Positions 17,735 through 25,029 of a DNA stretch of 32,000 nucleotides are shown one piece after another. A program made the position numbers and the translations under genes. The notes beneath the pieces are model-generated. The model searched no databases. It was not told the DNA's origin and saw only the letters and a list, made by a program, of their open reading frames with translations. The stretch spans positions 360,001-392,000 of the forward strand of contig JALHOH010000002.1 in the NCBI GenBank assembly GCA_022843095.1. The letters are read 5' to 3'. Each line of letters opens with the position of its first letter. Position 1 is the first letter of the stretch. This stretch comes from Candidatus Saccharimonadota bacterium (lineage in GTDB: Bacteria; Patescibacteriota; Patescibacteriia; 2-12-FULL-60-25).

Positions 17735-20700
17735 TTACGGCGTGGTCACCTGGCTCTGCGCAAGGTCCGTCAAGAGGACGTCATCCGTCCAGTCCTGGTT
17801 GCCTTGGCTTGCGCTGCCCGTGTCGGACAGATCAGACCAGACAAACGTACCTGCGACATCCGCCGTGCTGCACGGAGCAGCCGAGGACGTACAGATGTGA
17901 GGACCCGCAAGCGCCAACCCACTGACCGTGGTCGTGGAAGCGCCGTACGTCGTGAAGTAGCCACGCGAGGTGATCGTCGTGTTCGGGTTGGTCAAGAGTT
18001 TGACCGACACCGAGTCACCCGACACCCAGCCGGAGGCGTTCGCGCGGAGCGTGTAGGTCGTACCCGAGCCGGAGATCTGTTCCGGGTTCGTGAATTCGAC
18101 CACCACGTAACCGGTCGACGAAGCCGTGGACCAGGAACCCGCTTCAAGGTCTGCGCCGACACCCGTCACAATGCGGACGTCTGCGAGATCCATGACCTGG
18201 GAACCCTTCATCACACGGAAGCTCGAGAGCGAAAGGTTCGAGCTCGTCGTCGTGCTCTTGTCGAGCTGGAACGACATCTTCTTCACAGCAACCGGGCCCT
18301 GGGCATCAGCCGTGACCTGGAACTTGAAGAGGTCCGTCGTACCACCGAACTTGCCGGAGGTCGCCTGGTACGCCACCGTCGGGCGCGACTTGCGCAAAAC
18401 GAAGGTGTTGCCAACCAATCCGCCCGTCATGTTCGTGGACGTCGCAAGGATGCGATCCCCGGACGCCGCACCGACCGTCTTGATGTTGAACTTGTCGTTG
18501 TACGTGCTGTCGTATTCGCCGGACGTGACGCCCTGCGCAATGCCGAGCTTCACCTGGGAACCCGTGCGAGCAAAGCCCGTCGTGGCACCAGAAGCCGTGG
18601 AAGAAGACTGCACGCCTGCAAACTTCGCCCAGAGTTCGAAGGTGACGGAGCCATCCTTCGGAACCGTGATCGGGGAAGAAAGCGAGATGTCCTTGAACTG
18701 TGCGTTCCCAGCGGAGAGGGTTTCCTGACCGCGGATGGAACCGCCCTGTGCGATCGCGACAGCCGAGAAGACTGCTGCATCGCCCGTCGACGTCACTGCA
18801 ACGCGTTCAAGCGTCACGTTTTCGTACTGCGCGGAGGCGTTGAATTCGGACATCTTGACCCAGGAACCCGTGTTCCCGACACCGATCGTGGATTGCGGCA
18901 TGTTCCCAGCAGCAACCGTGAGGGTCGCGCCGTTCTTCACCGTCACCACAACGGCCGTCGGCGTCGCACCGGCGTTGGACGTCACCGTCCCGCCAAGCGT
19001 GATCGCGCTCGAACCGAGCGTGTTGGAGTCCTGATCCTGCGCCGTGATGTCGGCTGCAGCTGCGATACCGATGGCATACGAGTCACCAGCGGCCTGATCG
19101 ACGACGGAGTCCGCCGTGCACTTCACGAGAAGCGTCTTGGACGTCCCCTTCGTGATGTTCAGGTTCATGTTGGTGATGTTCATGAAGCCACCCGTCGCAT
19201 CTGGGGTCTGAGCAACGCCGACCGCGGTCGCGCCGTCGAACAAACCACACTGCGTCACCACATCATCGAGCTTCGCCAAGTCATACGACCCGGCGTTGTT
19301 GCCGCGACCGGTGAGCTTGAGGGCCGTGATCAACACGTCGCTCTGTTCACCTGCCGTGAGCACGAGACCAACGGATTCAACGTTCTGCTGCTTCTTCACG
19401 ATCGTCATGGACGTCGGGTTAGAAGCGAGCGCAACGCCGAGCGTGGCCTGCTTGACCGTCTGGTTGTTTCCGTTGATCGCCGTGTTCGGGACGATCTTCG
19501 TTGCAGCCAAGAATTCACCCGTGGACACCACGCGGACGTCCGTCGTGTTGAAGAGCTGTTCCCCAGCGGATGCCGTGGAGTCTCCGAGCACGACGCGGTA
19601 CGTGGAGGTACCGGCCAAGAAGTCATCACCGGAGTCCGCCGCGTTCGCGATGTCCGCCGTGATGGCAAGGTTCAAGACCTGACCTGCGTTGATGTTGTAC
19701 GAGTTGTTGATCGTGAGCTGCTGGGAGAAGTTCCCGGAAGCAGAGGCGGACGCGACCGAGCCCAAGTTGATCGGGCCAGCCATCGTCGCACCCGTGTCCA
19801 AGTTCTTCACCTTGATGTCACGGAAGTAGTCCGTGCCACTGGAGCCCTTGATGCGCGACTGTGCACCGCTCACCGTGATCCCTTCAAGCTTGAAGCGCGT
19901 GTTGCGGAGTTCAAGCGTGTTGTCCGGGGACGCGAGCGAGAATTTGAAGAGCGGGATATCCTGTCCACCCTTCATCACGTTCGACGTTGCAGGACCGTTG
20001 AAGGTCACCGTCAACTGACCACCCTGGGTCGTGACTTCGATGTAGTTCGTGGAAGAACCGTCGAAGGAACCCTGAGAAGCCGCGGAGCAACCACCCGTCG
20101 CCGTGGAGGCGATACAGACGGACGCACCGGAGTTGTAGACCTTATCAACCGCATAGACGTCCGTCGTATATTCGACGTAGGTCTTGATCGTGCGCGCAGC
20201 GCGACCACCGACGCGGGCCTTCAAGGAGAAGGTCTTCGTGGTGCCGTTCGCGAGCAAGTACGGCGGGTTGAAGTTCAAGACGATCTGGTTGTTCATCACA
20301 CCAGCCGCCTGCGCCACCAAGGTCGTGCCCTGGTAGAGCTTAAGGTCCGTCAGGTCCGTGTTCGTGATGGAACCGGCCTGGTAAAGCGTGACACGGCGGA
20401 TTTCGACGTCGTTCGTGCCAGCCTGAAGCTTGAAGTTGGAGATTTCCGCTTCCGTCGCCCCGATGTTCGGGTTCGTCGGCTGCGTCCCCTTCGTCACCGT
20501 CAACTGCGAAGCAGAGGCCGTCCCAACCGTGAACACGTTGCCGCGCACCGGGTAGGAACCGCTGATCGTCACGTTGCCAGACACGACCGTGGAGGCCGCA
20601 TCAGAGATTTCGAACGAGTGCTGACCACCCGTCGAACCGGACGCAACGCTGAAGTCACCGACCACGACGACGGAGTACATTCCGTTCGCCGGGACCGAGA

Positions 20701-21679
20701 TGTTGAGGGAGTTGAATTCGACCAAGTTCGTCACCGAGTTGACCGTGCGGCCCGTCGTCAAACGGTTGCCCGCCATGTCATACAGGTAGACGTTCGTGAG
20801 GTCCGAAGAGGAACCCACGCCGACGCGCTTGAGCTTAAGACCCGTGACGCTAACGGAAGAACCGCCAGCAACGAGGTTAAACTTCGCCATCTGGACCGCG
20901 GACGCATTGCGCGTGACCGTGGCGCCAGCCGGCGTGTCGGAAGCCAAGGAGACCGTGAGGCCGCCCGAGACCGGCGCGCCACCTGCACAGACCGCATCCG
21001 CCAAGTTGGCTTCGCGACCCGTGACGGCTGCACCGTCCGTGTAGTTAACCGACGTCGTCAAGACGTTGAGCGCGTTGAAACCGTTCGCCGCGAAGGACGC
21101 ATCGGTCAATGCACGCTTCTGGCCATCCCAGACAACGTAGCGCATGGCCGGGTTGGCCGCGTAGTTGATGAGGGAGCCATTCGGGTGGACCGCCGAGCTG
21201 ATCGACGAGCCAACCGTGTAGTTCACGAAGAAGCCATCCGGTACGTCGACCACTTTCGAGGCCCACGCTGCACCGAACAACGCCGTCGCGACTGCTTCGG
21301 ACTCAACCCAGTGAAGGACACCGCAGCGCGTAACCGCGTAGACCTTCGGGTCGGTCGTGATTTTGACAAGCTTCGTGCCCGGGCGAATGGTGACGTTACC
21401 GCCGATCGCGATCGCCGCGAGTTCTGCGTCCGTGATGGTCTTCACGGTCGAGAAATCGTTGAACCACGAGAAGTACGTCTTTTCGTTCGGGAACACGTAG
21501 CGCTTCTGATCGTTGCCGTAGTAATAAACGGCCGGACCGCTCGCCTTGATGAGGTCGCCGGAGGCAAGTGTGGCCGCGGACACCGCCGTTGGCAGTGCAA
21601 ACGTACCGACACCGACCGTCGACAGGACCGTCGTCATCGAGACGAATCCAGAAACGACTTTCTTAAAGAGATTATCCAT
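17735..21679 (-). CDS. giant secreted repeat protein (1314 aa), putative surface-layer/cell-envelope protein
   Basis: ATG start. The N-terminal hydrophobic signal is VLSTVGVGTFALPTAVSA|A. The composition is Thr/Ser/Val/Gly/Ala/Asn-rich, beta-type, with very few Cys. At least six modules of about 150-180 aa recur, starting near aa 240, 392, 556, 746, 919 and 1100. I recognise no enzyme motif. Confidence 0.85.
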   Translation of the reverse strand: MDNLFKKVVSGFVSMTTVLSTVGVGTFALPTAVSAATLASGDLIKASGPAVYYYGNDQKRYVFPNEKTYFSWFNDFSTVKTITDAELAAIAIGGNVTIRPGTKLVKITTDPKVYAVTRCGVLHWVESEAVATALFGAAWASKVVDVPDGFFVNYTVGSSISSAVHPNGSLINYAANPAMRYVVWDGQKRALTDASFAANGFNALNVLTTSVNYTDGAAVTGREANLADAVCAGGAPVSGGLTVSLASDTPAGATVTRNASAVQMAKFNLVAGGSSVSVTGLKLKRVGVGSSSDLTNVYLYDMAGNRLTTGRTVNSVTNLVEFNSLNISVPANGMYSVVVVGDFSVASGSTGGQHSFEISDAASTVVSGNVTISGSYPVRGNVFTVGTASASQLTVTKGTQPTNPNIGATEAEISNFKLQAGTNDVEIRRVTLYQAGSITNTDLTDLKLYQGTTLVAQAAGVMNNQIVLNFNPPYLLANGTTKTFSLKARVGGRAARTIKTYVEYTTDVYAVDKVYNSGASVCIASTATGGCSAASQGSFDGSSTNYIEVTTQGGQLTVTFNGPATSNVMKGGQDIPLFKFSLASPDNTLELRNTRFKLEGITVSGAQSRIKGSSGTDYFRDIKVKNLDTGATMAGPINLGSVASASASGNFSQQLTINNSYNINAGQVLNLAITADIANAADSGDDFLAGTSTYRVVLGDSTASAGEQLFNTTDVRVVSTGEFLAATKIVPNTAINGNNQTVKQATLGVALASNPTSMTIVKKQQNVESVGLVLTAGEQSDVLITALKLTGRGNNAGSYDLAKLDDVVTQCGLFDGATAVGVAQTPDATGGFMNITNMNLNITKGTSKTLLVKCTADSVVDQAAGDSYAIGIAAAADITAQDQDSNTLGSSAITLGGTVTSNAGATPTAVVVTVKNGATLTVAAGNMPQSTIGVGNTGSWVKMSEFNASAQYENVTLERVAVTSTGDAAVFSAVAIAQGGSIRGQETLSAGNAQFKDISLSSPITVPKDGSVTFELWAKFAGVQSSSTASGATTGFARTGSQVKLGIAQGVTSGEYDSTYNDKFNIKTVGAASGDRILATSTNMTGGLVGNTFVLRKSRPTVAYQATSGKFGGTTDLFKFQVTADAQGPVAVKKMSFQLDKSTTTSSNLSLSSFRVMKGSQVMDLADVRIVTGVGADLEAGSWSTASSTGYVVVEFTNPEQISGSGTTYTLRANASGWVSGDSVSVKLLTNPNTTITSRGYFTTYGASTTTVSGLALAGPHICTSSAAPCSTADVAGTFVWSDLSDTGSASQGNQDWTDDVLLTDLAQSQVTTP

Positions 21680-21856
21680 AGTGAACCGTTCGGTTCTTTG
21701 TTGCCCTAGAAGATCCTTTTGGGATCGGATCTAAAGCGAGATTGCAGATGAATAACCGGGACTATTGGCACATCGCGTTTCCGCGACGCTCGACCTTGAG
21801 CAGCCGTCCCGAGAGGCAACAACACGAGCGGGCAGATAGCCCTTCCCGTTCGGAAA

Positions 21857-21914
21857 GGTTCCCCACCCGACAGGGCGACCATGCAGGCATCGTCGCCCTG
21901 CTCCCTGGGGAACC
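21857..21914 (-). terminator. 58-nt nested GC-rich hairpin 3 nt after the anti-sigma-like gene stop (possible terminator or RNA element)
   Basis: The outer arms are ggttcccc (21857-21864) and ggggaacc (21907-21914), and the inner arms are cagggcgac (21871-21879) and gtcgccctg (21892-21900). They are separated by a symmetric 6x6 internal loop. The apical atgc/gcat pairing closes the structure. On the minus transcript only UUUCC follows, so the U-tract is weak. Confidence 0.4.
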
Positions 21915-21917
21915 ATC

Positions 21918-23102
21918 CTAGCGCGTTGTTGTCGTTGCATCCGTTACAGAAGTATTCGTTGATGTGGATCCGGAGGTAGATGTAGATCCTTCAACCGGCA
22001 AAATACTAGTAGATGTCGTCGCGGATGCGGCTACGCTTGCCGTCGTACTTGCCACCACCATCGATTTCGCCACGGTATCCACACTCACGACCGTCTTCAC
22101 CGTACTAGAAAGCGCGTCCTTCACCTCGACGAGACGATTTTCTTCAAGTAATTGCTCTGTTTTCTGAAGAACCGTCTCTGCTTGCTGGATCCGAGAGAAT
22201 GTGGAGCTTACCGATTCTTTGTTCAGCACATCCGGCGTGGTCGAGGTCGGGAGCAACGAGGCGGTGGAGGTTGAAATACCCGCGTCCGCCAACTTCCCCG
22301 CAGTTTCCGCGATCCCTTCTTTCAACCCTTCGACCTTGTTTTTTAAGCTCTCCTTCAGCTCTACCGCGGTAAACAGCGTCGACAACCGATCCGGATCAAC
22401 CTCGATGATCACCTCGATCGCCTTCACCCCCGTGTCAACCGCCGCAACCTGCGCTTCCATCACCTTCTGCTTTGTTTCCTGATCTTCTCCTACCGCCGCT
22501 TTGATCGTTTTTAATTCAGTTGCAATGGCTGCCGTTGTTTGATCGACCGCCTTGGCCGCTTCGACCGCGCGCGTCTCTTGCTTCACCTCTTGCAACTGCG
22601 CATTCACGGTGTTCAGATCACGTTTCAAGATCTCCGTAGCCTCTTTGATCCGCGCCTGTTTTTTTGGAACATCGGAGGTAGCAAGGGTTTTGAGCTCAAC
22701 CACACGACGCGTCACGAATTCTGATTTGAGCTTCAATCGATCCGTTTTGTCTTTGGTAAAGACCAATCGCGTTTGTTCAGCCGCCAATTTTACGGGATAG
22801 AGCCAATCACCGGGAAGTGCGGTTTCTGCTGCCGAAACGCTTGCGATGGAACCGCCCAAGATAACCGCGATCGTAGAAAGACTTGCGATGACCGAACCTC
22901 CTACTGCCCGCACTGCTCGGGATGGGCTAAAGAGGCGAAGCCATTCTGCCCAGGGACGCTCAGGCGCTAGATTGGCGAATGGCATTTCTTTTTCTACCTT
23001 CTTCAAGAACTCCGTCCGTGCACGCGAAAACCACGCGGGATCCGGCTGGATCTCGCGTGTCAGGCGGCGCACATCGCGCCGAGTGAAGCGTGCATCTGAC
23101 AT
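21918..23102 (-). CDS. single-pass membrane protein, DUF5667-like putative anti-sigma factor
   Basis: ATG at 23102, 11 nt after the sigma gene's stop. It has a cytoplasmic N-terminus of about 60 aa and one TM helix (VGGSVIASLSTIAVILGGSIASV). A long helical ectodomain follows, starting LPGDWLYPVKLAAEQTRLVF, which matches the pattern I associate with DUF5667. The C-terminal tail is Ser/Thr-rich. There is no HxxxCxxC zinc motif. Confidence 0.7.
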   Translation of the reverse strand: MSDARFTRRDVRRLTREIQPDPAWFSRARTEFLKKVEKEMPFANLAPERPWAEWLRLFSPSRAVRAVGGSVIASLSTIAVILGGSIASVSAAETALPGDWLYPVKLAAEQTRLVFTKDKTDRLKLKSEFVTRRVVELKTLATSDVPKKQARIKEATEILKRDLNTVNAQLQEVKQETRAVEAAKAVDQTTAAIATELKTIKAAVGEDQETKQKVMEAQVAAVDTGVKAIEVIIEVDPDRLSTLFTAVELKESLKNKVEGLKEGIAETAGKLADAGISTSTASLLPTSTTPDVLNKESVSSTFSRIQQAETVLQKTEQLLEENRLVEVKDALSSTVKTVVSVDTVAKSMVVASTTASVAASATTSTSILPVEGSTSTSGSTSTNTSVTDATTTTR

Positions 23103-23113
23103 GAAGAATGTGG

Positions 23114-23692
23114 TTATCCCCCCTCCGATACCCCTTCCAATGCCTTCACCGCTCGATGATAGATGACGCGGACATGGCCTGGTGTTTTTTGCAGAACCGA
23201 TCCAATTTCGTCGTAACTCAGCCCTTCGATGAGCCGAAGATGCAACACGTCTTGAAAGTCCTCCTTTAGCGCGGCAATGCGACGGATCAGCAGACTTAAT
23301 TCTGCCTGCGCTTCCGTCTGCGTCGCTCCACGCCCCCGATCCGTAAACACCGTTTCAGTATCAGTAGACGGAAGATCAGGGGAAAATGTTACAACTTCTG
23401 AAACCGCCAGAACCGTTTGCGCGTGTTCTCGATAATAATCTGCAATCAAATGACGTAGCGTTTGATATAAAAATGCCCGAAGATGCTGGATCGGTTTACG
23501 GGCTTTCAAATGCTCCCATGTACGCAAAAATACCTCAGACGCGATCTCTTCGGCCTGTTCTTTTGCCGGCACTTTCAAATAGGCGTAGCGATACATCGCT
23601 ACCGCATACCGGTCATAGATACGACCAAAAGCCGCCGCATCCCGCTTTACGCGGATTCGGTATAAGTAATACGAATCAACAAAGGAAAACAT
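23114..23692 (-). CDS. RNA polymerase sigma-70 family factor, ECF-type (regions 2 and 4 only)
   Basis: Region 2 is FGRIYDRYAVAMYRYAYLKV...AEEIASEVFLRTWEHL. The region 4 HTH is VLHLRLIEGLSYDEIGSVLQKTPGHVRVIYHRAVKAL. 192 aa, ATG start with GGGGAGG 7 nt upstream. Confidence 0.9.
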   Translation of the reverse strand: MFSFVDSYYLYRIRVKRDAAAFGRIYDRYAVAMYRYAYLKVPAKEQAEEIASEVFLRTWEHLKARKPIQHLRAFLYQTLRHLIADYYREHAQTVLAVSEVVTFSPDLPSTDTETVFTDRGRGATQTEAQAELSLLIRRIAALKEDFQDVLHLRLIEGLSYDEIGSVLQKTPGHVRVIYHRAVKALEGVSEGG

Positions 23693-23730
23693 TTGTCATG
23701 CCTCCCCGCAAACAACAACACGTTCATTGA

Positions 23731-23759
23731 ACCCTACCAAATGAAGCCATTTTTCGCAA
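23731..23759 (-). promoter_or_regulatory. candidate sigma70-type promoter of the sigma/anti-sigma operon
   Basis: The minus strand reads TTGCGA (23759-23754), a 17-nt spacer, then TAGGGT (23736-23731). A GGAGG RBS lies at 23701-23705 (plus-strand cctcc). The promoter sits immediately downstream of a terminator. This is a motif match by eye only. Confidence 0.4.
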
Positions 23760-23779
23760 GTATTGCTCTATATTTAAAC

Positions 23780-23816
23780 AAAAAATGCCTCATCTTGTGC
23801 AAGACGAAGCATTTTT
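23780..23816 (-). terminator. rho-independent terminator after the GT4 gene 23841-24971
   Basis: The minus transcript reads AAAAAUGCUUCGUCUU-GCAC-AAGAUGAGGCAUUUUUUG. The stem has two G-U pairs and is followed by a U6 tract. It starts about 25 nt after the TAG at 23841-23843. Confidence 0.7.
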
Positions 23817-23840
23817 CAATTCATCGTGACGGTGTCCTTA

Positions 23841-24971
23841 CTAAGCCGCTTCGAGAAGATCCAGAAACAATCCAATCAGGTCCCCAATACGTCCATCGTA
23901 AGAATAATGCGTAGACACGTGCGTTTTTACCCCCTTCGAAATCTCTTCACGACGCGACAGAGGCGCGTTCGCAAGCGAGCCAAGGGCAGTCGCAAGCGCT
24001 TCAACGTCCCCAACAGGCACCTGAATCGGCGCCGTACCAAGCGCTTCGATATTGTTGGGAAGATCCGTCATGATCACGGGTGCACCAAGTGCCCCGGCCT
24101 CCAACATGCTAAACGCCAATCCTTCGCTTGCGGTTGGAAAGACATATCCGCGAGGAAACGCCTGAAGGGCACGCAATGTCTCGCCGGTCTGCTCCCCAAC
24201 CATCATGACGCCCGGAATCTGTGCCGCACGCGCTTTCAGTTGCGCCACATACCCATCGGTAAACGAACCATCACCAACAATCACGAGCGGCATATCACGC
24301 ATGGAAGTAAAGCGTTCACACGCGCGCGCATAGGCCTCTAACAGGACGTGCACGTTCTTGTGCGGGATCAACCGAGAAACTGAGACAAAATATTGATCCT
24401 TTGTAAGCCCAAATTCCGCCAAAGCGTCTGCCGCGGGGCGTTCCATTTCTGGCATCGGATGCGTCACATAGAGCGCTTGGCAGCCGTAGGTTTTTTGACA
24501 ATATGCCGCCAACTCCTGAGCCACCGTAATGGTTCGATGCGCAAAACGACAGGTCATCCATTCCGCAATGCGTAGCACCAACCGAGCAAGCGGATTCCAC
24601 TTAGCATGCTCACGGTCCAAACAATGAAAGGTGATCACGAGCTTAGCCGATGGCACCAACAGTCGGGCAAGCGGAGCAATGATTCCGATACTCGGCCCCT
24701 GCAAATGCACGATATCCGGACGCAACTGACGCGCATCCCAAAGCGCTGTGATCCCATGGGTCACCGCATCCAGGTGCTTAGTATGAATTCCACGGGTAAA
24801 TCGCTGTTGAACCCCGTTCGGCAAAGCGGTTTCTTGGGTATACCAACGGCGTCCATACACGATGACCTCATGACCGGCGCGCGCCAAACCAGCCGACACA
24901 AAGTCGACATGGCGTTCGATCCCACCAGAGCGAGCTGGCAGGCCTTTTTGACCAATCATGGCAATACGCAT
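23841..24971 (-). CDS. glycosyltransferase family 4
   Basis: ATG at 24971 gives MRIAMIGQKGLPARSGGIERHV, an N-terminus typical of a GT4 subfamily. The signature is YVFPTASEGLAFSMLEAGALGAPVIMTD. The track start at 25019 is the TTG of a perfect TTGACA box and is therefore rejected. Confidence 0.85.
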   Translation of the reverse strand: MRIAMIGQKGLPARSGGIERHVDFVSAGLARAGHEVIVYGRRWYTQETALPNGVQQRFTRGIHTKHLDAVTHGITALWDARQLRPDIVHLQGPSIGIIAPLARLLVPSAKLVITFHCLDREHAKWNPLARLVLRIAEWMTCRFAHRTITVAQELAAYCQKTYGCQALYVTHPMPEMERPAADALAEFGLTKDQYFVSVSRLIPHKNVHVLLEAYARACERFTSMRDMPLVIVGDGSFTDGYVAQLKARAAQIPGVMMVGEQTGETLRALQAFPRGYVFPTASEGLAFSMLEAGALGAPVIMTDLPNNIEALGTAPIQVPVGDVEALATALGSLANAPLSRREEISKGVKTHVSTHYSYDGRIGDLIGLFLDLLEAA

Positions 24972-24990
24972 ACGGCGAAAACGTCCGTAT

Positions 24991-25019
24991 TGCTTACCAG
25001 AAAATGGCCATTTTGTCAA
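24991..25019 (-). promoter_or_regulatory. candidate promoter with a 14-bp perfect palindrome in the spacer
   Basis: The minus strand reads TTGACA (25019-25014), a 17-nt spacer ending in TGG (extended -10), then TAAGCA (24996-24991). The spacer contains the perfect palindrome aaaatggccatttt (25001-25014). The -10 element is weak. Confidence 0.35.
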
Positions 25020-25029
25020 TGGTTTTCCC

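Noticed and set aside
17804-21709. 1301-aa plus-strand ORF, the second longest ORF in the window
   Set aside because: It is the exact codon-aligned mirror of the 1314-aa minus-strand gene. It starts with TTG, and its product is Arg-rich low complexity (runs of RRR, RGR, DR) with no hydrophobic core pattern. The minus-strand product has a signal peptide and coherent beta-repeat modules. It is treated as a shadow ORF caused by codon bias; see the finding on TTA/CTA/TCA avoidance.
21680-21917. Possible known ncRNA (SRP RNA, RNase P, tmRNA, 6S) in the 238-nt spacer
   Set aside because: I could not find the diagnostic strings (the SRP helix 8 GGAAGCAGC-type motif, RNase P GAGGAAAGUCC, the tmRNA tRNA-like ends). 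GUCGGGU...CCGAACGGGAAGG is only a vague resemblance to SRP. It is kept as an unclassified structured region.
17735-21917. Diversity-generating retroelement targeting the giant or the 661-aa surface protein
   Set aside because: No reverse transcriptase gene is present in the window. By eye, no template/variable repeat pair links either gene's 3' end to an intergenic segment.
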